A DNA stretch of 44,698 nt, from positions 1 to 44,698 of the IMG/VR virus record IMGVR_UViG_3300022407_002666; one strand, 5' to 3'. The notes beneath the pieces were generated by a model that saw only the letters and a program-made list of their open reading frames with translations, was not told the DNA's origin and made no database searches. Positions 24,801-33,229 of the stretch are shown piece by piece; within the stretch, counting starts at the first letter, position 1; each line of letters begins with the position of its first letter. Both the position numbers and the translations under genes were made by a program. This stretch comes from a virus (lineage: Duplodnaviria; Caudoviricetes).

Positions 24801-27490
24801 TTGCCGTCTGCGTCCGAGCTGAACGAGTACGGGACGTTCTGGTAGTTGTAGACAACCTTGCTCTTGCCTTTGTCGTCGACCTCAATCTTGGCGCTGACGA
24901 AGGTGAGCGGTGCCCAGCCTTGGGTTGTGGGGTGCGCCAGCTTGTGGCCGCGCACGGTGTTGGTGATCTCTTTCTCGGACACGCCAATCTTTTCGGCCGA
25001 GTCTTTGACCGCCTGCTTCTCCTCGGCGGTAAACCTTGCGCGCGTACCTAAGACACGAGTGCCTCGTTCGGCCACTGATGTCAGGTTGTTCACCTTGGCG
25101 TCGGCCTGGTTCAGCACCTCCGACTTCTTGCGCGCCTGCAGCTCGCGCCCTTCAATGCGCAGGTCGTAGTCGGCCCACGAGGCGTTGCCCTGCATGCGCT
25201 CGAGCTTGGCCTGCAGCATGGCGGGCTCACCGCTCGCCTGGGTCTGCCACTGCGGTTCGGTGCGCGCAAGCGGGGCCACGCGCTGGCCGCTCTCGATGCG
25301 ACTTTGCGCACCGAGCAGTTCTGGGGTGAACGTCTGTTCGCCCAGCATGATGACCTGGCCGGGCTGCGTGCCGTCCATGCGGTTGGCGTAGCCTTTGTAG
25401 CCCAGATCCAAGAGCTTGGACTCAAGGTCGCGTGCGTTGCCGGTCTTGAGTTTGAGCGGATCGGCGTCGGCGTCGTAAACACCCGTCAGTTGCACGCGGT
25501 GCGCACGTCCGCCAACACCGCTCTCGGGTCGAATGCCGGTGCCCTTGTCGAAGTAGAACGACAGGCGCTGCTTCAAGCGCTGGTCGGGGTTGTTCAGGAT
25601 CTCATCGCGTGCGCTGCCCTTGAGCCCGGTGCCGTACATCGCGGTGGAAAGCGTCGGCCGGTCGACCATGCTGAAGTGGTAACCCTCGACAGTGAGCTCG
25701 CCCTCGAGGCCGCCAGTGTTCAGCACAGCGCCCTGCCCGCTCTGGCCAGTGATGCGCAGCGGGTACTTGGCCTGCATCTGCTCGGGGGTCATGCCGGTGC
25801 GCCCGGCCAGGGTGGTGTAGAACGCGGCGGTCCAGGTGGCGTAACCCTCGTTCACGTCCTTGCGGAACCGACCCACGGTGTTGAGTTGGTCGAGCACGCC
25901 CTGCTTCACGCGGTCGCTCGAGGCCTGCATGGCCTGCTGGTCGCTGGCCTGCTGGATCACGCGCTGCGCTTCCTGCGCCAGGAACTCCTGCGCCTGGGTG
26001 CCAGCCGCCTTGGCCTCGACCTGGCTCATCGCCATCGGGTCGCCGATGCGTGCGTTCTCGACCAGCATGGCCTCGAGCGGGGTGCCGGGCGCGAGCGTGA
26101 GCACGTCCCCCATCGGGATGGCAACCGCTGCGTTGGCGGCAAGCGCTTCGGGGATGGCGTCGCGCACGGCCTGTGGCAGTTGGTTGAACACCTCGGGCGC
26201 CAGCTGGTTGAGCACCTCGGCGTCGACGTAGATCTCCTTGGGCGCGCCGTCGGTGTTGTTGGCCATCGACTGCACTAGGTTGCGGAACTCCTCGGGGTTG
26301 CGCTCGCGCAGCAGCGCCTGGCTGGCCAGGTCGAACTGGGCTTTGAGTTGCGTCGAGTCGCGCTCGGCCTGCTGGCCGTCGCGCACTTCCTGGGCGCCAC
26401 GGGTGCGCACGCCGAGCGCAGCGCGCACGATCGCGGCCGAGGTGCCCGCCACACTTGCCTCGTAGAGTGAGCCGTCGCCGATGGTGGCGTCAGGGTTGGT
26501 GAGCAGCTTGCGGACTACGTCCTGCAGCACGCCCTCGGTGATTTCCTGGGTGGCCTCGATACCGCCCGCCACCAGCTTGTCGGCGATCCAGCGCAGGGCG
26601 CTGTTCTTGATCGCAGGCGGCACCCGGTTCAGCAGCGCGTCGATGCCGTACTTTTCGGTGAGCGCGGTGATGCTGGCGCCAGTGAGAACCGCCGTGTCGC
26701 GCATCGCCTGGGAAGCCCTATCGCCCTTGGTCTTGTCGGCCATCACGTCGGCGCCCTGCGAGAACAGGGTGGCCAGCGAGGCGGTGCCGCCGGTGGCGAT
26801 CTGCACGCCGATCTGCTGCATCAGTTGGCCGATGCCCCCCGCCACGTCGGTGGCGAAGTTCTGGGCCTCCTTGTCGGGGCCGATGGCGTCGGCCAGCATC
26901 TTCCAGCCAGAGCCGGCGAACTTGAGCGAACCGGCTACGTCCAGCGCGATGCCAGGGTCGGCGCCGGTCAGGTCGCGCACCGCGCGCGAGACGGCGGTCA
27001 AGCCGATGTTGCGGGCACCGATGTCGATGATCTCGCCGGAGCCGGCCAGGAAGCCGCCCACGCCACGCGCGGCACCTGCGGGCACGGCGCGCACGACATT
27101 GAACGTCTGCTCCAGGGCGCTCAGGTTGTCGGTGTGGTCGTGGACCTGGCTGGTGAAGGTGGGGTCCAGCAGCTGACGCGTCAGCACGGGGGAGTCCTGC
27201 GCCAGGCGCGCCAGGTCCAGCATGCGCGCCTGCTCGCGGCGCTTGGCTTCGGTGAAGTTGCGGTCAATAACGGAGAACGGCAGCCCCGTGGTGCGCGTCA
27301 ACTTCTGCGTCTCTGCAGCCTGGTCGGGGTTCACGGCCAGCGCTTTTTCAAAAATGGTGCGAGTACGTTGCTGGCGTTCGCCGGCCATCTCCCCGACGAC
27401 AGCGTCGTAAGGGTTGGTGGTCATGGTGACGGGTGCGCGGTTGTTGTCCTTTTGCCAGGAAGCGACAACGTCGTCATAGGGGTTTGCCAT
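18881..27490 (-). CDS. Giant internal virion/ejection protein, polyvalent (2869 aa)
   Basis: Last of the internal virion genes; LPD22-like N-terminus; ART-like module (YHFS...GYKGY); glycosylase-like module (GWY...ATSP...N, TIDVWAAR, QAVVW); zincin motif ADLSTFLHETGH. Confidence 0.82.
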   Translation of the reverse strand: MANPYDDVVASWQKDNNRAPVTMTTNPYDAVVGEMAGERQQRTRTIFEKALAVNPDQAAETQKLTRTTGLPFSVIDRNFTEAKRREQARMLDLARLAQDSPVLTRQLLDPTFTSQVHDHTDNLSALEQTFNVVRAVPAGAARGVGGFLAGSGEIIDIGARNIGLTAVSRAVRDLTGADPGIALDVAGSLKFAGSGWKMLADAIGPDKEAQNFATDVAGGIGQLMQQIGVQIATGGTASLATLFSQGADVMADKTKGDRASQAMRDTAVLTGASITALTEKYGIDALLNRVPPAIKNSALRWIADKLVAGGIEATQEITEGVLQDVVRKLLTNPDATIGDGSLYEASVAGTSAAIVRAALGVRTRGAQEVRDGQQAERDSTQLKAQFDLASQALLRERNPEEFRNLVQSMANNTDGAPKEIYVDAEVLNQLAPEVFNQLPQAVRDAIPEALAANAAVAIPMGDVLTLAPGTPLEAMLVENARIGDPMAMSQVEAKAAGTQAQEFLAQEAQRVIQQASDQQAMQASSDRVKQGVLDQLNTVGRFRKDVNEGYATWTAAFYTTLAGRTGMTPEQMQAKYPLRITGQSGQGAVLNTGGLEGELTVEGYHFSMVDRPTLSTAMYGTGLKGSARDEILNNPDQRLKQRLSFYFDKGTGIRPESGVGGRAHRVQLTGVYDADADPLKLKTGNARDLESKLLDLGYKGYANRMDGTQPGQVIMLGEQTFTPELLGAQSRIESGQRVAPLARTEPQWQTQASGEPAMLQAKLERMQGNASWADYDLRIEGRELQARKKSEVLNQADAKVNNLTSVAERGTRVLGTRARFTAEEKQAVKDSAEKIGVSEKEITNTVRGHKLAHPTTQGWAPLTFVSAKIEVDDKGKSKVVYNYQNVPYSFSSDADGKQIDTDSPAYKKRVKATAKAMVDEVRRVFQRAANGDQNAKNILAQAGWYKAMRARLRQEFGGLGDLFADLLGATSPNTPVRDNWTNAVDTLRRASRGDYDTLLPKWVEWADTVDALELDLRGWFNERLTEGEPFIAEYKAARAARDEFLATAKDRDQTPAQAKESEEYAALKQAVETADKAAAPYSKAAIKRLPEYQSKIAALKTARVLDDSFLPTKESGRKYGFNGKNVARAMVDLWRVVKNADADIGRGDTAPKALNFSGNLIGFRTRATIDVWAARMLQRLAGGLRIPSMAETGVSGAMREDGTTTLQFGMGQDIFTEASKRIRADDELKTDKVLAEVNDDDLQAVVWFIEKELWTVNNWTSAAGEGGSFELEASLTGNADQARIKELRRVIDSSKSKPDAKAAARAELATLERTVDRFVGGLSTQMSLDTQGIDYVPTDADMARLAEQIRLAAYEGDGNTQVLASKMLSTQGRYGGIERSLDMEVVAREGYDPTALWAEMLRQAQEARQDSTFLSRVLRDGENVDPLRHRPGVEIYLREAAQAAQLEAVLADLAKEGVEFLTVIVDGRRMPGAVAGEMPPAVGVRLQYVPEFDQRYGFDNLSGLDDAALAAKINAKADEMAALAERVLATVDGVAFAGQFWHDTQVAFSHQYQEKLDAIATGNAEGTAGEVGGPQWSGQPVRAGLESADRQARETAGGQPDGGTDTPVGGDAQRPDTETLNQGPRGTFSPKNLELALNENADLSTFLHETGHFFLEVMADLASQPGAPADIATDMAALVKWFGVADLATWNSYTLDQKRPYHERFAESFEQYLMEGKAPSLELQPLFRKFRAWMLNVYKSLQAFIAGKPDSGIVLSDEVRQVFDRMLASEEQIQQANEVAGLLPNEEADAEANEKLTARSLRDLKWTVNARAREIKKLQKQAAEQRKEVEAEVTLEVNAMPEFQAKEMLATMRKENKEQLNDTELAIIADSYGYPDANTMLQAIDAAGKKSDVIEGMTDQRMLEQYGDLVDQRAIEQAANEAVHNEARARSLATELRSQAEMLNPRTDTGQVTAKGSKITINALMEAAKQFAANVIARTPLRDLKAKAWQHTAAERRAGKRWQEATAKGETQEAVKAKQDQMLNNAAAKAAVDAQLEMRKILEFFKRVIGDNNEKVVKKGRDPDVVNAARAILGAYGVAPKGAKTALEYMALVEKNDPAMYAALQPSMQGALNMAQPLDALTMEELRGLHEEIQAMWHLAKRSRQMEIDGNLMDMDDAEAELQARMQVLGVPTEMPGDTGAVTPREELARKLQFVGSILRRVEQWAQGMGSEFTKLVFQPVKDAANAYRADRVVYRKRYQALIDNVAPTLTKGLIVAPELNYTFGEGHNGIGHAELLHAILHTGNASNKRKLLLGRGWATENADGTLNTGRWDAFLQRMHDTGVLTKAHYDFAQGVWDLLEQTKPLAQKTHRDVFGRYFAEVTADSFDTPFGSYTGGYVPAQADPRIVQDVDLRKLAEAENENMSFSFPGTNKGFTKGRVEYNRPLMLDLRTIGQHIDKVLLFSHMEPAVRDVQKLLSRKGVSYSLGRIDPTIYAGMLTPWLSRSARQVVETPIVGDGGISRVMSAARGRAGMALMFANVSNTLQQITGFSVAAIKVKPASMMRATATFIASPKQTAKAVADASSFMANRMENEIAAINDAMDAILLDPGLYEKSQAWTQKHAYFLQTAMANTMEPIIWTAAYNDAITRGDSDRDAVRHADSVIRTTQGSTLPEDVSRLETGPAWARLFTQFIGYFNMLANTNGTALLQVSREMGLKKGAGKALGIITLGMLAPIWVAEAIAHAMRGGPEDEDKDGYLDDWLMAVFGMGTIKGAFAMVPFLGQAAQLTVNRFNDNPADDKFSLSPAVSLIESTVSAPFSVYKAIADDGNRQKAVRDVASAVSIVTGLPAFAVARPLGYLAGVEQGKVEPTDALDLARGLVSGTASPASK
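22630..22821 (-). CDS. Nested +1-frame small protein (63 aa) inside the giant ejection gene
   Basis: RBS AGGAGA 6 nt before ATG 22821; MPSQLEMLKEQLAKSEARSGADNPFVQGLKAQIAKLEK...; hand count of GC3 is 50/63 in this frame versus 30/63 in the host frame. Confidence 0.65.
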   Translation of the reverse strand: MPSQLEMLKEQLAKSEARSGADNPFVQGLKAQIAKLEKPRADNPMAEPTRLSVGMRSAPTPKP

Positions 27491-27502
27491 ACGTGCTTTC
27501 GT

Positions 27503-29704
27503 TTATTTTTTCTTTTTAGAAAGAGAGGCTTCTATTAGCGCGATAAGCTGCTTATCGTCTGGGTCTGCGGGATCAAAGGTGAAGCGAGCGTCATTTACGC
27601 TTTCCCACAATCCTTCTTTATTTTTTACTAAATCGCCTAGACCTAACTCTGTAAACTTAACACTACCCGCACGCCCTCCCAGTGTGGACCCTGCTTTAGA
27701 CCAATCAATCTTCACTTTAGTGCCTGCAGGAGATGACGCAGCAGGAGCGGGTGCAGCAGGAACGCGCGCAGCAGCAGCAGGAGCGCGCGCAGCAACAGCG
27801 GCAGCAGGCGCAGGAGCGGGCGCAGGAGGAGGCGGAGCGTTTGCTATAAAGTCGGGAACAGTGCCTGAAACGGCGGGAGTAGCAGCAGGAGCCGTTTTAG
27901 CAGAAGCAGTGGGGGCGTTTGCTGCCTGCCAAGCGCGGTAAGCCTGCCATTCTGCGGTGGGAGCGTAAATCGAAGGCTGACGCATTGCAGGCGCAGCAGC
28001 AGCAGCAGGCGCAGCAGCAGCAGGCGCAGGAACTGCCGGGGCTACTGGGGTGGGAGCGGGAACCGCCGATGGGGTTTTTGGTCTTCCACGCAGATACACC
28101 TCGGCGATCGCCTGCTCAGTGGCCAGTTCGCCTCTGCGGCGCAACGAGTCCATGATCTGCTGGCGGTCTGTCAGCGGGATGGTGGAGAGCTTTACGTCCT
28201 GGCCATTGACCGTGACGTAGGCGTCTTTGAGCTCTTCGGGCTTGAGCAACGTCAAGGGTTTCTGAGTATCTCGACCAAACTCTGACACAAACACCTTATC
28301 CATCAGCACCGAGTCGATAATTTTCTGCTTCTCGTCGGGGGTGACATCCTTGCCGCCTTTGCTCACCGACAGTGCCCGCACGCGGCGGTCAACTTCGCCG
28401 ATGAACTTCCCGGCCGACTCGGGATCCCGTTTCTTGTCGATCTTGGCTGCTTGTAAGCCGAGGTCAATGCGTTGCTCGTCAGTCGCCATGCTGTCGAACT
28501 TTGGCGAGCTGGCCTTGCTGCCCGCGCTCTTGATGTCGAGCAGTTGCTCCATCTGCGCGGGGGCGATCTTCTCTGTCAACGCCAGCAAGTTGACGCTGGC
28601 GCGCACGGCCGGGTCGTCGCTCATCAACGCCTCGCGGACCTTGATGTAGGTCGCCATGTCGGTCTTGACTGCCTTGCCCGCAAGTAGCCGATCCGCACGA
28701 GCTTGAACATGCTCCTGCAACTGCACGCGCTCTTTGCCGTCCATGTTGGCCAGCAGCGCTTCGGGAACTTTCTGGCCCTTGCCGACCATCTGCCAGGCCT
28801 GGTCGCTGACGCGCTTCTCCATCTCGATCTGTGCCTGCTGCACCATCGCGTAGTTGTTCTTGACCTCGGTGAGCGCCTTGCTGCGGCGCTCGGGGTCTTT
28901 GATTTCACCGGCGGCCTTGAGCTGCGCGGATAGTGGGTTGCCGGCCTGCTGTGCCGCGAACTGGACCGCGAACTGGTTGTCGCCTTCCGCCTTGAGCACT
29001 TGCTCGACACGCGGTTGCTGGGCGAATCCCACCTCGGCTTTGTTGGCGTCGTAGTAGGCCTGTGCGCGGACTGGGTCCTGCTCAGCCAACTTGCTGATCT
29101 GCGCCAAGTGCAACGCGGAGAGGTTCTTCGCCTGCTCGGCCTGCACCTGCTCGGTGGTCCAGCCCTTGCGCGCGCCGACCTCGGAGGCGAGCTTGCGCAC
29201 CTGAACGGAGGCCCCCACTACATCGCCGGTCGTCACCCCGAACTGGATGGTGGTGCCGATGTTGGCGGCGGCCATCTCGTCGGCGTGCTTTTCTTTTTCG
29301 GTTTCAACGAACTGCGAGACCTGACCGAGCGAGGCGGCCTTGCGCCGGCCGAGAGTCTTGCCGACCATGGACTTAGCCAGCGGGTCAAAGTCCTTGCCGT
29401 AAGTGTCGGCGGCGTCGGCCCACCACTGCTCGGCGGCGGCACCGTATTGGCCCGCGTTGCCGCCCTGGTACTTCTTGCGGTTCTCTGCATCCCATTGCAA
29501 CCACCCGGCCGCAATTTCATTGTCAGTCGCGTTGGCCTTAGTCTCGGCCTCGCGCATCACGAATCGGTCGGCCGTCTCCGCCACCTGCAGCAGGCCCTGG
29601 CCCAGGGCGCGGGTGCTGCTGCTGACATCGATGTTCTGCTGGAACCCGCCCTGCAGGGCCTGTTCGCGTACCTGGGGGTTGCCGTAGGTGGGGACTTGCG
29701 GCAT
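27503..29704 (-). CDS. Internal virion (ejection) protein with Ala/Pro-rich C-terminal extension
   Basis: MPQVPTY N-terminus, helical body, position between a gp14-like gene and the giant ejection gene. Confidence 0.75.
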   Translation of the reverse strand: MPQVPTYGNPQVREQALQGGFQQNIDVSSSTRALGQGLLQVAETADRFVMREAETKANATDNEIAAGWLQWDAENRKKYQGGNAGQYGAAAEQWWADAADTYGKDFDPLAKSMVGKTLGRRKAASLGQVSQFVETEKEKHADEMAAANIGTTIQFGVTTGDVVGASVQVRKLASEVGARKGWTTEQVQAEQAKNLSALHLAQISKLAEQDPVRAQAYYDANKAEVGFAQQPRVEQVLKAEGDNQFAVQFAAQQAGNPLSAQLKAAGEIKDPERRSKALTEVKNNYAMVQQAQIEMEKRVSDQAWQMVGKGQKVPEALLANMDGKERVQLQEHVQARADRLLAGKAVKTDMATYIKVREALMSDDPAVRASVNLLALTEKIAPAQMEQLLDIKSAGSKASSPKFDSMATDEQRIDLGLQAAKIDKKRDPESAGKFIGEVDRRVRALSVSKGGKDVTPDEKQKIIDSVLMDKVFVSEFGRDTQKPLTLLKPEELKDAYVTVNGQDVKLSTIPLTDRQQIMDSLRRRGELATEQAIAEVYLRGRPKTPSAVPAPTPVAPAVPAPAAAAPAAAAAPAMRQPSIYAPTAEWQAYRAWQAANAPTASAKTAPAATPAVSGTVPDFIANAPPPPAPAPAPAAAVAARAPAAAARVPAAPAPAASSPAGTKVKIDWSKAGSTLGGRAGSVKFTELGLGDLVKNKEGLWESVNDARFTFDPADPDDKQLIALIEASLSKKKK

Positions 29705-29707
29705 GTC

Positions 29708-30295
29708 TTACTTTCCGTACTTGTAGCTATTCCACTTGTCGGCCACCTGACCGGCACCGGACAGCAGGGTGCCAGCGCCCGCCATCAGTGGGTTCTGGGC
29801 GCTGGCCTCGGCGCGGTAGTTGGCGCCCATGGCGCGCTTGCCCCAGGCGTCCTTGGCGGCGTTGGTGCGGGCGGTGGCGACGTCACTGGCAGCGAAGAAG
29901 TCGGTCTGATCCTGCAGGTCGGCGGCGGTGCCGTAGCCCAGGTCGAGGCCCTTGGAGGCCAGGTTCACGCGCTGCGAGCTCTTCAGGGCAGCAGCGCGGC
30001 GCTGGATCGCCTGCGCGTCCTCCTCCCCTCGGCGCTGGATGTCCTGCGCCTGGTACTCAGCGACCTTGGCGTTGTTCTGGGCGATCTGCTGGTTGGCCTG
30101 GCTCTGCTGGTAGGCGCTGCCTGCGGACATCACGGTGCCCCCGACACTGGCGCCCAGCGCGATGGCCTGCAGCGCGGTGAGGCCGGCGGTGGTGGCGGTG
30201 GCGCCCGCGACCCCTGCCACGGTGGCCCCGGCACCAACTGCACCGAAACTGGTGGCGGCAGTGGCCAGCAATCCTAGCGTTACGGGTTCGCACAT
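29708..30295 (-). CDS. Internal virion protein (T7 gp14-like)
   Basis: MCEPVTL start; Gly/Ala-rich hydrophobic N-terminus; Q-rich coiled coil; ASKGLDLGYGTA. Confidence 0.78.
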   Translation of the reverse strand: MCEPVTLGLLATAATSFGAVGAGATVAGVAGATATTAGLTALQAIALGASVGGTVMSAGSAYQQSQANQQIAQNNAKVAEYQAQDIQRRGEEDAQAIQRRAAALKSSQRVNLASKGLDLGYGTAADLQDQTDFFAASDVATARTNAAKDAWGKRAMGANYRAEASAQNPLMAGAGTLLSGAGQVADKWNSYKYGK

Positions 30296-30297
30296 GA

Positions 30298-30762
30298 TTA
30301 GGCTCGCATTTCAAAACGGTGGAACGGCTCCCCGAGCGCGCCGAACGGCGCGGCTGCGTACATCGCAAAGCCGAGCCGTTGCAGCCAGCGCTGGCTGGTG
30401 AGGTTGTCGGCGTGGACGTAGTTCACCAGATGCGGAAAGGCCTTTAGCATCTTGGCAATGTACCCGGGGGTGCTGCGCACAAGGACACGGCTGTGTGCGT
30501 CGAGCACCGGTGTGCCCAGCATCCAGGGGGAGCCGATGCCGCTGACGACTGAAACCGGCGCGCAGCCCAAGATGGCAGCGAGCTCGCCGTTAATGAACGC
30601 CGTCCAGCACAGCAAAGACTGGCCCACGCTGCGCTCGCAGGCGTGCACGGGGTCGAGGTGGCCGTAGGCGCGCACCTCGTGCGCATCGCTCGCGCGCAGG
30701 CGCTGGGCCAGCGCGTGTGCGTCGCCCGCCTCAGTGGGTCGGATCAGGACCTCAGCCGCCAC
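30298..30762 (-). CDS. T7 gp13-like GNAT-fold protein (internal virion protein A)
   Basis: LRASDAHEV, PWMLGT, LVNYVHADNLTSQRWLQRLGF. Confidence 0.8.
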   Translation of the reverse strand: MAAEVLIRPTEAGDAHALAQRLRASDAHEVRAYGHLDPVHACERSVGQSLLCWTAFINGELAAILGCAPVSVVSGIGSPWMLGTPVLDAHSRVLVRSTPGYIAKMLKAFPHLVNYVHADNLTSQRWLQRLGFAMYAAAPFGALGEPFHRFEMRA

Positions 30763-33229
30763 TCTGCAGCTCGAGCGTCATCGACAGGACGGTGAGCGGC
30801 AACGGCAGATCCTGACGGATGCAGAGTGCGGCGTCCTGGTTCCAGCTCGGGTCGATGGAGAGTGCGAGCTCCCCCTCGCGCAGCGCGGGCGGGGAGCCGT
30901 AGGGGTCGGTGACGGCGCGCGCCGGGTACTCGCGCAGGCGGTCGAACGTGGGGCCGGCCTTGACCACGCTCGACTGGGAGACGCGCAGGTGCACCTTGTT
31001 GATGTTCTTGACGGTACCCTGCCCGCTGGCCTGGGCGCCCTCGATCGCGAGTGGCAGGGTGCGCAGGTCGGCGGTGATTGGCAGCCCGATGTGCACGGTG
31101 CTGGCGGCGGTGGTCAAGGTGATTTGCCCGCCGCTGACTGTTTGGCGGGGCTCGACCGCGCCATCGGCCAGGATGTCGACCGTCTCGCCCTCGAGGTGGT
31201 AGAGCCCGCTGATGGTGGTGGTGGCGGTGCCCGCGTAGGTGAGGCCCGAGTCGACGAAGAACGCGTCCTCGAGCTGCGTGAAGATGCGGGTGCGCAGGCG
31301 CTCGATGTAGCGCACGGTGCGCCCGTTGACGCTGCGGTTGACCACCGCGTAGAGCACGTCCTCGTTGTCCTCGGCCACCACGCACACGGACTCGAAGGCG
31401 CCGTCGGTGTCGTGGGCGTGCCAGCCGTAGACCTGCTGGTCGGGCACGTAGGTCATGCCGAGCAGCACGCCGTCGTTGCGCACCGCCCAGAGGGTGGGCT
31501 CAGGGGCGCGCACGTAGGCGAGCTGGGCGACGGTGTAGCCGTTGAACCGGTGGGGCGCCATGATCGACACGTCGACCGTGCGGTAGGCGTTGGATTCCCA
31601 GTTGTAGGCGAGCTCGCGGATGCGGGAGCCCTGCGCCTGCACGTAGAGCACGGAGCCCGAACTCACCACCGGCTGCACGTTGTTGGCGCCGGAGTAGCCC
31701 TGGGGCTTGATCGACACGCTGGTCGGGGTGATGGCCGGGGCGTTGTCGGAGAACAGGCGGAACTCCCCGCCTGCGGTGAGCGCGATCAGGTCGGCGAGCG
31801 GCACCAGGTGGCGGATCTGGTTGTTCTGCATCGAGGCGACGCGCAGCTCGAGCCCGTCGGCATCGCGCGCGGGCAGGCTCGAGGTGAGGTTGGATTCGGT
31901 GCCGGTGCGGGTGGCCCACACCACCTGGGGCTTCTCGTTGGTGCCGGCGAACCAGCGCCGCTGCTCGTGGTAGGTGGTGGCGTTGGGGTAGTCATCGACG
32001 CCGTTGTTGAGGGTGATGATGTCCTCGGGCGGGGATTGGCTGGTGTCGGCCAGCACGTTGTCATCGATCAGCGACAGGGCGGGCAAGCTCGCCGTGCCGG
32101 TGCTGGCGCTGGCGCTGGTCTTCTTGCCCGACACGTAGGTGAAGGTGGTGGTGTTGATGACCGTGACGTGCCAGGCGCCATCGAACGAGGGCACGCCCGT
32201 GCCATCAATCAAGACGTGGTCGGAGGTGACGTAGCCGTGCACGCTGCCGGTCACCACGGTCACGACGTAGGACGGCGAGGTGCGCGAGATCGAGGTGATC
32301 GCCACCGGGGCCCCGGCCACCGGGATCACCTGGCCGACGTAGCCGTAGATGCCCCCGCGCAGCTTGTAGACGTTGTAGCGGTTGACGCCGTCGACCCCGT
32401 CCCAGGTGACGGTGTTGAAGTTGCCGGCGACGGTGAGGTTGTTGTCGGTGCCGCTCGGGGTGCTGGCCAAAGACTCGGTCACGCCGTCCGCCTGCACCGC
32501 GGTGACCACGTACTTCTGCGGCGACTCGTTGCCGGCGGTGCCGATGGTGGGGGTGACGGTGAGCCCGGTGGGCGCGTTGGTGGGCGCAGCGAAGCTCACG
32601 TCCGTGAGCGTCCAGGTGGTGGCGCCCAGGCGCTTCAACTCACGCGCCGGGTAGCTTGGGTGCACGATCGTGATCACGTCCGCGCTCTGCGTGAAGTGCA
32701 GGTCGAACAGGTCGGCGGCGGCGTAGGTGCTGGTGAGGGTGTAGACCCGCGCGCTGGTGGAGCCCGAGGCGGTGGTGGCCACGCCCCACAGGTCGGTGGT
32801 GGTGAACGTGTCGGCGTCGACCACGGTCGCCTTGTGGTAGCGGGTGCCGATGTAGACCCAGTCGCCGGTCGAGTAGCCGTGGGCGGCGGTGGTGTTGACG
32901 GTCGAGCCCGCGATCGAGCTGATCGCAAGGCCGGTCTCGAGCAGGGTACCGCCGCCGATGTGAAAGCGGATGCGCAGGTTGCTGAACTCGAGCACCGCGG
33001 TCTGGCTGGCGCTGAACGCGAACGGGATCAGGCGCACCGCCTGGGTGCTGTCGCGGGCCTCGTTGATGAACTCGAACCCCGGGCGGCGGGCGGCGGGGCC
33101 GTGCGGCAGCGTGACGAAGTTACGCGCCAGGGCGAGGCCGGTCTGGTACTTGGTGAGGTCGAGTCGGCCGGCCAGTTCGGGGGTGATCTCCCCGCCCGCG
33201 AAGCTGCGCAGCAGCAGCTTGGTGCTCAT
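30752..33229 (-). CDS. Tail nozzle / tubular protein B (T7 gp12 / P22 gp10-like)
   Basis: SFAGGEITPEL.GRLDL..Y, NFVTLPHGPAARRPG, YHEQRRWFAGT, QVYGWHAH, PLPLTVLS. Confidence 0.9.
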   Translation of the reverse strand: MSTKLLLRSFAGGEITPELAGRLDLTKYQTGLALARNFVTLPHGPAARRPGFEFINEARDSTQAVRLIPFAFSASQTAVLEFSNLRIRFHIGGGTLLETGLAISSIAGSTVNTTAAHGYSTGDWVYIGTRYHKATVVDADTFTTTDLWGVATTASGSTSARVYTLTSTYAAADLFDLHFTQSADVITIVHPSYPARELKRLGATTWTLTDVSFAAPTNAPTGLTVTPTIGTAGNESPQKYVVTAVQADGVTESLASTPSGTDNNLTVAGNFNTVTWDGVDGVNRYNVYKLRGGIYGYVGQVIPVAGAPVAITSISRTSPSYVVTVVTGSVHGYVTSDHVLIDGTGVPSFDGAWHVTVINTTTFTYVSGKKTSASASTGTASLPALSLIDDNVLADTSQSPPEDIITLNNGVDDYPNATTYHEQRRWFAGTNEKPQVVWATRTGTESNLTSSLPARDADGLELRVASMQNNQIRHLVPLADLIALTAGGEFRLFSDNAPAITPTSVSIKPQGYSGANNVQPVVSSGSVLYVQAQGSRIRELAYNWESNAYRTVDVSIMAPHRFNGYTVAQLAYVRAPEPTLWAVRNDGVLLGMTYVPDQQVYGWHAHDTDGAFESVCVVAEDNEDVLYAVVNRSVNGRTVRYIERLRTRIFTQLEDAFFVDSGLTYAGTATTTISGLYHLEGETVDILADGAVEPRQTVSGGQITLTTAASTVHIGLPITADLRTLPLAIEGAQASGQGTVKNINKVHLRVSQSSVVKAGPTFDRLREYPARAVTDPYGSPPALREGELALSIDPSWNQDAALCIRQDLPLPLTVLSMTLELQSGG

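Noticed and set aside
27919-28155. Poly-Q ORF / GCA microsatellite as a phase-variation element
   Set aside because: It is the antisense reading of the Ala/Pro linker. The units are multiples of 3 and would not shift the frame.
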